From Alphaproteobacteria bacterium (GTDB lineage Bacteria > Pseudomonadota > Alphaproteobacteria > Paracaedibacterales > VGCI01): 64,000 bases of DNA. Made by a program: the position numbers and the translations under genes. Each line of letters starts with the position of its first letter. Position 1 is the stretch's first letter. Below are positions 1 through 7,632 of this stretch, in pieces. The stretch is taken from contig VGCI01000001.1 of NCBI GenBank assembly GCA_016870095.1, positions 266,922-330,921 on the forward strand, in the 5' to 3' direction. Under the pieces are notes generated by a model, which saw nothing but the letters and a program-made list of their open reading frames with translations, was not told the DNA's origin and ran no database searches.

Positions 1-114
1 TAGGGCGCGAGTATGCAGCCCAGCAACATTCGCAAGACCTTTGCAAATAAATTGAGCATTTGTCATTTTCGCTATTGAGGGTAGCCCGAGAATTTTTGTG
101 AGGACTGATTAACT

Positions 115-483
115 ATGACAATATTAGCACTTGCTGAGCAGTATAATCAATTTCAACATGCTTTTGGCCAAGGTGTTGAGAAAGACTATGAGGCAATCAT
201 AAACACTATGTTTACCTCCGAATTTAAAAAAATTGCCAATGGCAGTGAATTGGCCAGTAAGAGATCTCAGCTTTTAGCACAACTTTTTTCAGTCAAAGAT
301 TTTGCCGGAAAGTGGGCTATTGATAGTCAAGAGATTATTCCTTCTCAAGACAATACGAAATGTACGATCAGATACTTTCTTGCCTCAGAAAAAGCTGGAC
401 GTTTTGAAGTTATAGCTATTATTCGCGCCCATAATGGTCAAATAGACCGAATAGACGAAGTATTTTATCAGGAAACGAAGTAG
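115..483 (+). CDS. Small hypothetical protein, possibly NTF2/SnoaL-like fold
   Basis: Intact 122-aa ORF with ATG start. Size and alternating pattern (ending ...RFEVIAIIRAHNGQIDRIDEVFY) resemble small alpha+beta cone proteins. No diagnostic motif recognised. Confidence 0.35.
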   Translation: MTILALAEQYNQFQHAFGQGVEKDYEAIINTMFTSEFKKIANGSELASKRSQLLAQLFSVKDFAGKWAIDSQEIIPSQDNTKCTIRYFLASEKAGRFEVIAIIRAHNGQIDRIDEVFYQETK

Positions 484-594
484 AGTTTATTTTAATTCTT
501 TTTAATAAAATACCTTCTCATAATTTTTCTATGTTCGAAATTTTCATTGTAGCAAAAGGGGAAGCCCTTTAAATTAAAGAATAACGGAGACCCC

Positions 595-1839
595 ATGACC
601 ATTCAACAGAATACCCCATCTATTACAACGTTAGACAATGGTTTGCGTGTTGTGACAAGTTCAATTCCTCATGTGGAGACTGTAACTTGTGGATTGTGGG
701 TTGAGGTAGGGGCCCGCCATGAACCCGCGCCGATTAATGGCATCTCCCACGTTCTTGAGCATATGGCGTTTAAAGGGACAACTCGACGTTCAGCCCTTGA
801 AATTGCGGAAGAAATTGAAGCTGTTGGTGGATATTTGAATGCTTATACTTCGCGAGAAGCAACGGCGTATCATGCACGTATTTTAAAAGAAAATGTGCCT
901 TTGGCTATTGATATTCTAGCTGATATTTTGCAAAATTCTACGTTTGATGCAACTGAATTTGCGCGAGAACAATCTGTCATTATCCAAGAAATTGGCCAGA
1001 CATATGACACACCTGATGATATCATTTTTGACTACTTTCAGCACACGTGCTTTCCAGAGCAACCCATGGGGCGTGCTATTTTAGGAACGGCTGAGATTGT
1101 TCGTTCTTTGACTCCCAATCAGGTTAAAACTTACATGAAAGATCATTATGGAGCCCAGCAAATGGTCTTTGCGGCTGCTGGAAAGTTGGAACACCAGGAG
1201 ATGGTTGATTGGGTTGGTGAGAAATTTTCAGCTTTGCCACTTGATTGTCCTAAGGAAGGCGCTACAGCTGTTTATACAGGGGGCACATTTCATCAAGAGC
1301 GTGATCTGGAGCAAACTCATATTATCCTAGGAATGAAGGGTCTTCCATTCGGAGATCCCGATTATTATGCAGCTTCAATCCTCTCAACAGTTTTGGGTGG
1401 GGGGATGTCTTCCCGTCTTTTCCAAGAAGTTCGAGAAAAGCGGGGGCTCGTTTATACGATTTATTCTTTTTCTTCAAGTTATCGCGATACGGGTATTTTT
1501 GGCATATATGCAGGGACAAGTCCTCAACAAGTGGCAGAATTGTTACCCGTTGTTACACAAGAACTGGACCGATTTGCCGGGACGCTGGAGCTCTCTGAAA
1601 TAAATCGTGCAAAGGCCCAGTTGAAAGCGGGGTTGATGATGAGTTTGGAGAGCACCACATCCCGCTGTGAGCAATTGGCAAATCATATGATGATTTATGG
1701 TCGCCCCATTCCTCCCCATGAAATTTTAAAGAAAGTTGATGCAGTAACAATGGATCAAGTAACAGCCCTTGCAAAAAGAATGTTTGCCACTCCACAAACT
1801 TTAACAACTCTTGGGCCAGGACAAGGAATTAAGCGGTAA
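595..1839 (+). CDS. M16 family zinc peptidase (insulinase / mitochondrial-processing-peptidase-like)
   Basis: Inverted zinc motif HxxEH in GISHVLEHMAFKGT near the N-terminus, with a downstream conserved Glu region (REQSVIIQEI). 414 aa, typical of alphaproteobacterial MPP-like peptidases. Confidence 0.9.
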   Translation: MTIQQNTPSITTLDNGLRVVTSSIPHVETVTCGLWVEVGARHEPAPINGISHVLEHMAFKGTTRRSALEIAEEIEAVGGYLNAYTSREATAYHARILKENVPLAIDILADILQNSTFDATEFAREQSVIIQEIGQTYDTPDDIIFDYFQHTCFPEQPMGRAILGTAEIVRSLTPNQVKTYMKDHYGAQQMVFAAAGKLEHQEMVDWVGEKFSALPLDCPKEGATAVYTGGTFHQERDLEQTHIILGMKGLPFGDPDYYAASILSTVLGGGMSSRLFQEVREKRGLVYTIYSFSSSYRDTGIFGIYAGTSPQQVAELLPVVTQELDRFAGTLELSEINRAKAQLKAGLMMSLESTTSRCEQLANHMMIYGRPIPPHEILKKVDAVTMDQVTALAKRMFATPQTLTTLGPGQGIKR

Positions 1840-1884
1840 ATATTTTACAAAAATACCAATGAAGTGAGTCAACCTAAATGTTAT

Positions 1885-1920
1885 AAGGGAGGTCAGCTTT
1901 TGCTGACCTCCCTTAATTTT
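1885..1920. terminator. Rho-independent terminator shared by convergent genes
   Basis: Perfect 13-bp stem aagggaggtcagc / gctgacctccctt (1885-1897 / 1902-1914) with a tttt loop, followed by aattttt. It lies between the M16 peptidase (+) and the PhaC-N-like gene (-). Confidence 0.8.
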
Positions 1921-1944
1921 TAAACAAGTTGGAAGCTTGTCTTC

Positions 1945-2625
1945 TTATGATTTCATTACATCCTTAAAGAATTTTAGATTCATGAGGTATGCTTGTTTTG
2001 CGATGTAAGCGTAAGGATTTTTCCCCCACGAAGCTTGATTAAAGTCATTACCTTTTGACTCAACATTTTCAAAGCCTTTCATCATCGTTTCTTGAAAGGT
2101 CTTAATGGTTGAGTGAAATAATTTGCTATATTCTTTTAAATATTGAGCTTGTAGTTCTTCAAGTTTTTTGCATTTTTCTTTGTTTTTTTGGAAGACGCCC
2201 TTAATAAATTTTGAATCAAGAGACATATCCCCCATATTCGGAAATGCAGATTCACTCAAATTACGACTATGCTTAGTCATATTTTTTTTCGTTTCATTTG
2301 CAATATTTTCCCAAAATTCTTTCCATTGTTCCTGATTTGTCGGAATTTTTTGTTTTGCGGCAGGTGTGCCAAGATCTTTCAAATTTTTGTTAATTGTATT
2401 TTGGGTTTCTTCAAAAACCTTATTCCAGAATGTTTTCCATTCGGCGGATGTATGCGTTGCTTTTGTATCAGCAGATAATGTTTCGCCAAAGGCTTTTGAG
2501 TTTTCCGTCACAGTCTGTTGCAAAAGATTCATAAATTGCGCTGATATGTTCTGCCATTCATCAGATATTCCTGAAGTATCTGTAAAATCAGAAAAACCAG
2601 AATTTTTTTTGGATTTATTTGCCAT
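1945..2625 (-). CDS. Stand-alone paralog of the PhaC N-terminal region (phasin-like / PHA-granule-associated candidate)
   Basis: ORF-track ORF is 1945..2739. I trim the start to the ATG at 2625 (MANKSKKNS...), which has an aaagg RBS about 8 nt upstream. The 227-aa product aligns by eye along its whole length with residues about 1-195 of the PhaC at 7633: MANKSKKNSGFSDF/MKKNSKNYSDSDDF, EWQNISAQFMNLLQQTV/AWQKMATTFTTLCQKAT, LQAQYLKEY/LRNQYLKDF, and C-terminal NPYAYIAKQAYLMNLKFFK/NPFFSLLQQAYLLNAKYLK. Confidence 0.6.
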   Translation of the reverse strand: MANKSKKNSGFSDFTDTSGISDEWQNISAQFMNLLQQTVTENSKAFGETLSADTKATHTSAEWKTFWNKVFEETQNTINKNLKDLGTPAAKQKIPTNQEQWKEFWENIANETKKNMTKHSRNLSESAFPNMGDMSLDSKFIKGVFQKNKEKCKKLEELQAQYLKEYSKLFHSTIKTFQETMMKGFENVESKGNDFNQASWGKNPYAYIAKQAYLMNLKFFKDVMKS

Positions 2626-2877
2626 GAGACGACCTTTGTAATTTGTTGCTCTCATTCTAGGATAATTAGCAATTATTAATAATGTATTAAAAAATGTGGC
2701 CTTTTTATAAGACTTAAAAATTAATTTTTCTCTTCTCAATAAAAAGTTTTACAGTACGTTCACTTTATTTTTTTAACGTTATGAATTCATTCTGTTAAGT
2801 GAGAGATCTGCTAAGTCTTAAGGGTATTCATCTTTGTTATCTTTGTCTCTGCCCCTGTCTCTGCCTTTACCTAAAGC

Positions 2878-2905
2878 TTGACATAGTTAACAATAAAGAT
2901 AAAAA
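2878..2905 (+). promoter_or_regulatory. Candidate sigma70-type promoter for the porin/phaB gene string
   Basis: TTGACA at 2878-2883, a 16-nt spacer, then TAAAAA at 2900-2905, about 37 nt upstream of the TTG start at 2942. Pattern match only, in AT-rich DNA. Confidence 0.3.
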
Positions 2906-2941
2906 TTATTTAAATTTAGTTATTTTTAATAAGGTTGAATC

Positions 2942-4285
2942 TTGAATCTATCCTATTACCCCACAGTTCTTTTTTTTGCCGTTACTCTTGTAACTATCTC
3001 ACCTATCCAAGGTGGTAAGAGAGAAAATTCTGCTTCCAATTTACGGGAATTAAGCGAATTGAAGCGAGAAGTTGCAAAAAACAATCAAAAAATTCTTATC
3101 TTAGAGAAGCGGCTTAATTCTAAAGAGCCAGAACATAAAGTTTATGAAACACAATCTGACTGGCCTGCTAGCTATATACCTATTCCCAATTCAAATAGTG
3201 CCATTAGACTCATTTTTAATCCCAATATTGCAATTGCTTATGATGCCAGCTCTTATACAGCAGACTACATGTATCCCCCTGCATTGCCGCTGATGGGTGA
3301 TGTGGCGAATTTGAGAAAAAATAGATTTACAGCTCAAGGGCGTGCCACGCAATTTGGTTTTAAAACTTTATCTCACACAAATATTGGGGATATTAAAACT
3401 GAGTTCAGTTTAGATTTTTGGGGAGACAGTGCTGTTGCGATTCCAAACAATCCTGCTTATCAGCCTCGTCTTCGTTTTGCTTATATAGAGATTGGAAGAT
3501 GGACCGTCGGTCAAACAACAAGTAATTTCCTAGATTTAGATGCTGTTGGGGAAACAGTCGATTATGGAAGTGTCTTAGGTATATCATTTCGTCATGGCTT
3601 AGTTAAATATAGCTTTCCTCTCAATCCCAAAACGTCTTTAAATGTGGCTTTGGAACGCAGCGCCTTGGATTATACAGATCCGCAAGGAAATTTAAGTGCA
3701 GTCAGTTCAGCGACGAGCTTACCCGAATTAACGGTCCACTTAAAACATGAAGATAATTTTGGTCATGTGTCTTTAAGAGGCGTAGCACGTCAATTAAGAA
3801 TAAAAGACTATTCTTCATCTCAACCCTTTATAGCTAGAAAGAATGGGTGGGGGGTTGGTACTTCGGGGAAATTGTTTGTTTATCATAAATCTAACTTATT
3901 TGCACAGTTTAACTTTGGCAATGGTATTGGAAGATATATCCCAATCATTAATGGTCAGTCCTCGCAGTACAATAGTCAATCTCGAGTGCTAGATCCTCAA
4001 AAAGCAACAAATGCTATTCTGGGGTTTGAACATTACTGGAATGAATTATTTCGTTCCAATATTATATATGCTTATACCAAAATTTACGTTTCAAAATTTG
4101 TCCCCATGTTTGCAGGGGCTACGCGCGTAACAAAATCTTATGATCAACTTTATCTTAACCTAATTTATTCGCCCGTACCGCCGTTAGATGTCGGAATTGA
4201 ATATGAGTACGCAAAGCGAAAAGCAGTAGGTAATTTTATTGGTAAAGCAAATCGCTTTACTTTGGGTATCACTTATAAATTTTAA
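2942..4285 (+). CDS. Outer-membrane beta-barrel porin with N-terminal coiled-coil (DcaP-like architecture)
   Basis: TTG start with aagg RBS 7 nt upstream, and no nearby in-frame ATG. Signal-peptide-like N-terminus (LFFAVTLVTISPIQG), then a heptad-like segment (NLRELSELKREVAKNNQKILILEKRLNS). About 370 aa of alternating beta-strand pattern follow, ending in the OMP-type terminal ...FTLGITYKF. Confidence 0.6.
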   Translation: MNLSYYPTVLFFAVTLVTISPIQGGKRENSASNLRELSELKREVAKNNQKILILEKRLNSKEPEHKVYETQSDWPASYIPIPNSNSAIRLIFNPNIAIAYDASSYTADYMYPPALPLMGDVANLRKNRFTAQGRATQFGFKTLSHTNIGDIKTEFSLDFWGDSAVAIPNNPAYQPRLRFAYIEIGRWTVGQTTSNFLDLDAVGETVDYGSVLGISFRHGLVKYSFPLNPKTSLNVALERSALDYTDPQGNLSAVSSATSLPELTVHLKHEDNFGHVSLRGVARQLRIKDYSSSQPFIARKNGWGVGTSGKLFVYHKSNLFAQFNFGNGIGRYIPIINGQSSQYNSQSRVLDPQKATNAILGFEHYWNELFRSNIIYAYTKIYVSKFVPMFAGATRVTKSYDQLYLNLIYSPVPPLDVGIEYEYAKRKAVGNFIGKANRFTLGITYKF

Positions 4286-4323
4286 TGAAATATTTTAACG
4301 AATACTTGTAAAGGAAATGCGAA

Positions 4324-5046
4324 ATGACAAAAGTTGCTTTGGTTACGGGGGGAACAAGGGGAATTGGGGCTCCCATTGCATTAGCATTAAAAGACAAGGG
4401 CTACAAAGTTATTGTCACCTATCATAGTAAAATGGAAGTTGCCAAAAAGTTTGAAGAAACGACTAAAATCCCAGTTTATCAATGGGATATCAGCAATTTT
4501 GAAGCTTGCCAAAAAGGAATAGATGCCGTCATTAGAGATCATGGGCCTATTGATGTTTTAATTAATAATGGAGGTATCACTCGGGACGGTGTTTTACACC
4601 GCCAAAGTTCAGATCACTGGAACCATGTTATTAATACAAATTTGACATCCTGCTTCAATATGACCAGGTGTGTCATTGAATCTATGCGCGAACGTGGATT
4701 TGGGCGTATTATCAATATTTCGTCCGTGAATGCATTGAAAGGACAAATTGGACAAGCTAATTATTGTGCTTCAAAAGCAGGTATTATTGGTTTTACCAAA
4801 GCGATAGCGCTCGAAAATGCAAAAAAGGGGATTACGGCTAATGTTATAGCTCCCGGCTATATCGACACCGATATGGTTCGTGCCGTTAGTGAACCCGTCT
4901 TAGAACAAATTATTAATACCATTCCCCTTGGCCGTCTTGGACAAGCCGAAGAGATTGCGCGTGCAGTTCTATTTTTAGCCGATGATCATGCAAGTTACAT
5001 AACGGGAGAAACACTCAATATCAATGGTGGTTTGTTATGTAATTAA
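4324..5046 (+). CDS. phaB: Acetoacetyl-CoA reductase (SDR family)
   Basis: Rossmann motif VTGGTRGIG and SDR catalytic Y-x3-K (NYCASKAG). 240 aa, ending GETLNINGG as in PhaB-type SDRs, and located in the PHA locus. Confidence 0.85.
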   Translation: MTKVALVTGGTRGIGAPIALALKDKGYKVIVTYHSKMEVAKKFEETTKIPVYQWDISNFEACQKGIDAVIRDHGPIDVLINNGGITRDGVLHRQSSDHWNHVINTNLTSCFNMTRCVIESMRERGFGRIINISSVNALKGQIGQANYCASKAGIIGFTKAIALENAKKGITANVIAPGYIDTDMVRAVSEPVLEQIINTIPLGRLGQAEEIARAVLFLADDHASYITGETLNINGGLLCN

Positions 5047-5266
5047 GTTAAATGCTCCCAGTCGGGCAAATTTTAATATATTTTAGCTTTACTGTCATTT
5101 TGTGCGGCAGATTAATCAAATTATCCCATATCACTTCTCATTTAACTGAAGATAACCCCCAACTTTAAAGGAATATTAAGAAATTTCATATAATCTAGAC
5201 TTCAGGTTATAAACTATGGGCCGATGAGAAAGATCATTTCTCTGTCTCAGAATTGAAGGGAAAAGT

Positions 5267-6298
5267 ATGATGTCTAAAGATGCTGCATCCAAAAATAAAA
5301 AAATTGCTATTGGAATGCAGGGGGGCGGTGCTCACGGCGCTTTTACCTGGGGTGTTTTAGATTATATCCTTGAAGATGGCCGATTAGATATTGAAGGTGT
5401 AAGTGGAACGAGTGCAGGAGGCATGAATTGCCTTGCTTTGGCTCAAGGTATGGCTGAAGGTGGAAAAAAGGGGGCTCGTAAAAGTCTATTCCGCTACTGG
5501 AAAATCTTAAGTGAAAAATCCAAAAAAATAGGCATGGTCCCGACGCCTTTAGATAAATTCAAAGGCGGGTATGGAATTGCGACGAATCCAATATTTTCTC
5601 TCATGGGAATGATCTCAAAGAATATGTCTCCCTATGAGTGGAATCCTAAAAACCAAAATATGTTGCAGGATCTGATCAAGGAGCTGTTTAACTTTAAAAA
5701 AATTGCATCATTTGAGGAATTAAAAGTCTTTTTATGCGCAACCAATGTGAGAACATCAAAATTAAAAATTTTTAGTGGGGACGAAATTACATTGGAAGCC
5801 GTTTTAGCCACAGCATGCTTACCAACATTATTTCAGGCGGTTAATATTGAGGGTGATGATTATTGGGATGGTGGATTTATTGGAAATCCAGCTATATTCC
5901 CTCTCATTTATAATTGCCAAACGCCCGATATTATGGTGCTTTTGCTGACTCCTCAGTACAGACATATGACACCAAAAACGGTTGATGAAATTCACTGGAG
6001 AATGACAGAATTAAGCTTAATTAATACTTTAGCTAGAGAAATTCGCGCTATTTCCTTTGTGACAAAGCTTATAGACGAAGGGATTGCCGATGCCACTAAG
6101 ATAAAGAAAATAAATATGCATCTTATTGAAAATCCTCAAGTCTTTGCGGATTTAGATCATACAAGTGCATTAAATTCTGATTGGGATTTCTTTCAATTTC
6201 TATTTGAAAAAGGTCGTGAAACGGCAGAGAAATGGTTGGATGAAAATTTTGATCATATTGGTGTGCGGTCTACGGCGGACTTTAATGAATTTGTTTAG
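5267..6298 (+). CDS. Patatin-like phospholipase/esterase
   Basis: Gly-rich oxyanion motif GMQGGGAHGAF, nucleophile elbow GTSAG (G-x-S-x-G) and catalytic Asp motif WDGGF. No signal peptide. Confidence 0.85.
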   Translation: MMSKDAASKNKKIAIGMQGGGAHGAFTWGVLDYILEDGRLDIEGVSGTSAGGMNCLALAQGMAEGGKKGARKSLFRYWKILSEKSKKIGMVPTPLDKFKGGYGIATNPIFSLMGMISKNMSPYEWNPKNQNMLQDLIKELFNFKKIASFEELKVFLCATNVRTSKLKIFSGDEITLEAVLATACLPTLFQAVNIEGDDYWDGGFIGNPAIFPLIYNCQTPDIMVLLLTPQYRHMTPKTVDEIHWRMTELSLINTLAREIRAISFVTKLIDEGIADATKIKKINMHLIENPQVFADLDHTSALNSDWDFFQFLFEKGRETAEKWLDENFDHIGVRSTADFNEFV

Positions 6299-6310
6299 AG
6301 GTATTAAAAA

Positions 6311-7423
6311 ATGATAAATCAATTAAAAAAAATTATAAAATTTGTATCATTGTATGTTTTTACATTTATTAACCCTGTATTAGGAGTGACGACCATTCAA
6401 GAATGTAATCTACCCCCTCAATACAAAGTTCATGATAAGACCTTTGTAATTAATCCCGCGCTTTCCTGCGCGACGAACGTATTTCTTCATGTTGTCCCTT
6501 CTTTTGCAGGAATAGCGGAAAGTAAGTTTACGGCAGAAGAAATGAAGAAAAACCCGCAAATTGCGGGCAGGTTAGCTTATGAGCTTTTGGGCAATGAGTT
6601 TGCAAAAATCAAACCAAACATTGAAACGACCGATTTAAAAATCCCAGGAAAAGATAATACTCACGAAGTTCCCGTTCGTCTCTATAAAGGAACAGATAGT
6701 GAGCGGTTCATTCTCTTTATTCATGGAGGTGGATGGTCACGCGGAAATTTGGAAACGCACGATACTTTATGCCGTAAGTTAAGTGAGGCAACAAAAGCAA
6801 CGGTTTTAGCAGTTGATTATCGCTTATCCCCTGAACATCCTTATCCAGCTGGACTTGAAGACGCAGAAGCTGCGTATAAATGGTTCGTAGAAAAACACGC
6901 AACAAACAAAAAAGTCTTTATTGCTGGGGATAGTGGCGGGGGAAATATTACTTCTGGCCTTGTTATAAAATTTATCAAGGAGAAAAAGCGTACCCCCGAT
7001 GGTGTTATTCTTTTTTACCCTGCTTTAGATTTACGCATTCCTGAAAAAACAGCCAACCCATACTCAAATGGTTATTTTTTGACACGTGACAGTATTAATG
7101 CCTACGTCAACAATTATACAAATCATAATCAAGAATTGGCTAAAGATCCTACAGTATCGCCCATTCTGGCAATCGATGAGGATCTCTCTAAGTTTCCCCC
7201 TGTGATACTTGTGAATGCTGAATGTGATCCCTTAACTGAAGAAGGCACAGCATTTGCCAAGCGTTTAAAATCACTGGGAATATATGTAGATCATAAAGTC
7301 ATTCCCAAAACAATCCATGTCTTCGCTCAATATTTCGATATATTGCCAGAAGCAACTCAAGCAATTGAATTTGTTAGAGATTCTTTTGAAAATATCTATA
7401 ATAAACCTGCAAAGGTAGGTTAA
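6311..7423 (+). CDS. Alpha/beta-hydrolase esterase/lipase, hormone-sensitive-lipase (family IV) type, with predicted signal peptide
   Basis: HGGG oxyanion motif (FIHGGGWSRGN), nucleophile GDSGGGN, and late acidic/His residues (CDPLTEEG ... IHVF). The N-terminus KKIIKFVSLYVFTFINPVLG looks like a Sec signal. Confidence 0.8.
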   Translation: MINQLKKIIKFVSLYVFTFINPVLGVTTIQECNLPPQYKVHDKTFVINPALSCATNVFLHVVPSFAGIAESKFTAEEMKKNPQIAGRLAYELLGNEFAKIKPNIETTDLKIPGKDNTHEVPVRLYKGTDSERFILFIHGGGWSRGNLETHDTLCRKLSEATKATVLAVDYRLSPEHPYPAGLEDAEAAYKWFVEKHATNKKVFIAGDSGGGNITSGLVIKFIKEKKRTPDGVILFYPALDLRIPEKTANPYSNGYFLTRDSINAYVNNYTNHNQELAKDPTVSPILAIDEDLSKFPPVILVNAECDPLTEEGTAFAKRLKSLGIYVDHKVIPKTIHVFAQYFDILPEATQAIEFVRDSFENIYNKPAKVG

Positions 7424-7464
7424 TAAAAATCGCCACACTTTTAATTGGTGAAGATAAAAAAAGA

Positions 7465-7489
7465 GGGAGCCAACGGGCTCCCTTTTTTT
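7465..7489 (+). terminator. Rho-independent terminator after the esterase gene
   Basis: Stem gggagcc (7465-7471) / ggctccc (7476-7482) with loop aacg, followed by a T7 run (7483-7489). Confidence 0.75.
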
Positions 7490-7632
7490 AACGCTATGAA
7501 TAAGCAAGACATTTTTAACTTTAACAAATTCCATGGTCCAATTGTGAAAATTAACAAGCACTTATTTAAGTTTTTATTAATATTTAGTCATTATTTTATA
7601 GGTATGGCTGCTTATTTACCAAGGTTGAGGGA

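Noticed and set aside
1-66. Possible 5' end of a minus-strand gene leaving the window (ATG at 66, MTNAQFICKGLANVAGLHTRAL...).
   Set aside because: Only 22 codons are visible and no motif is present, so a call cannot be supported.
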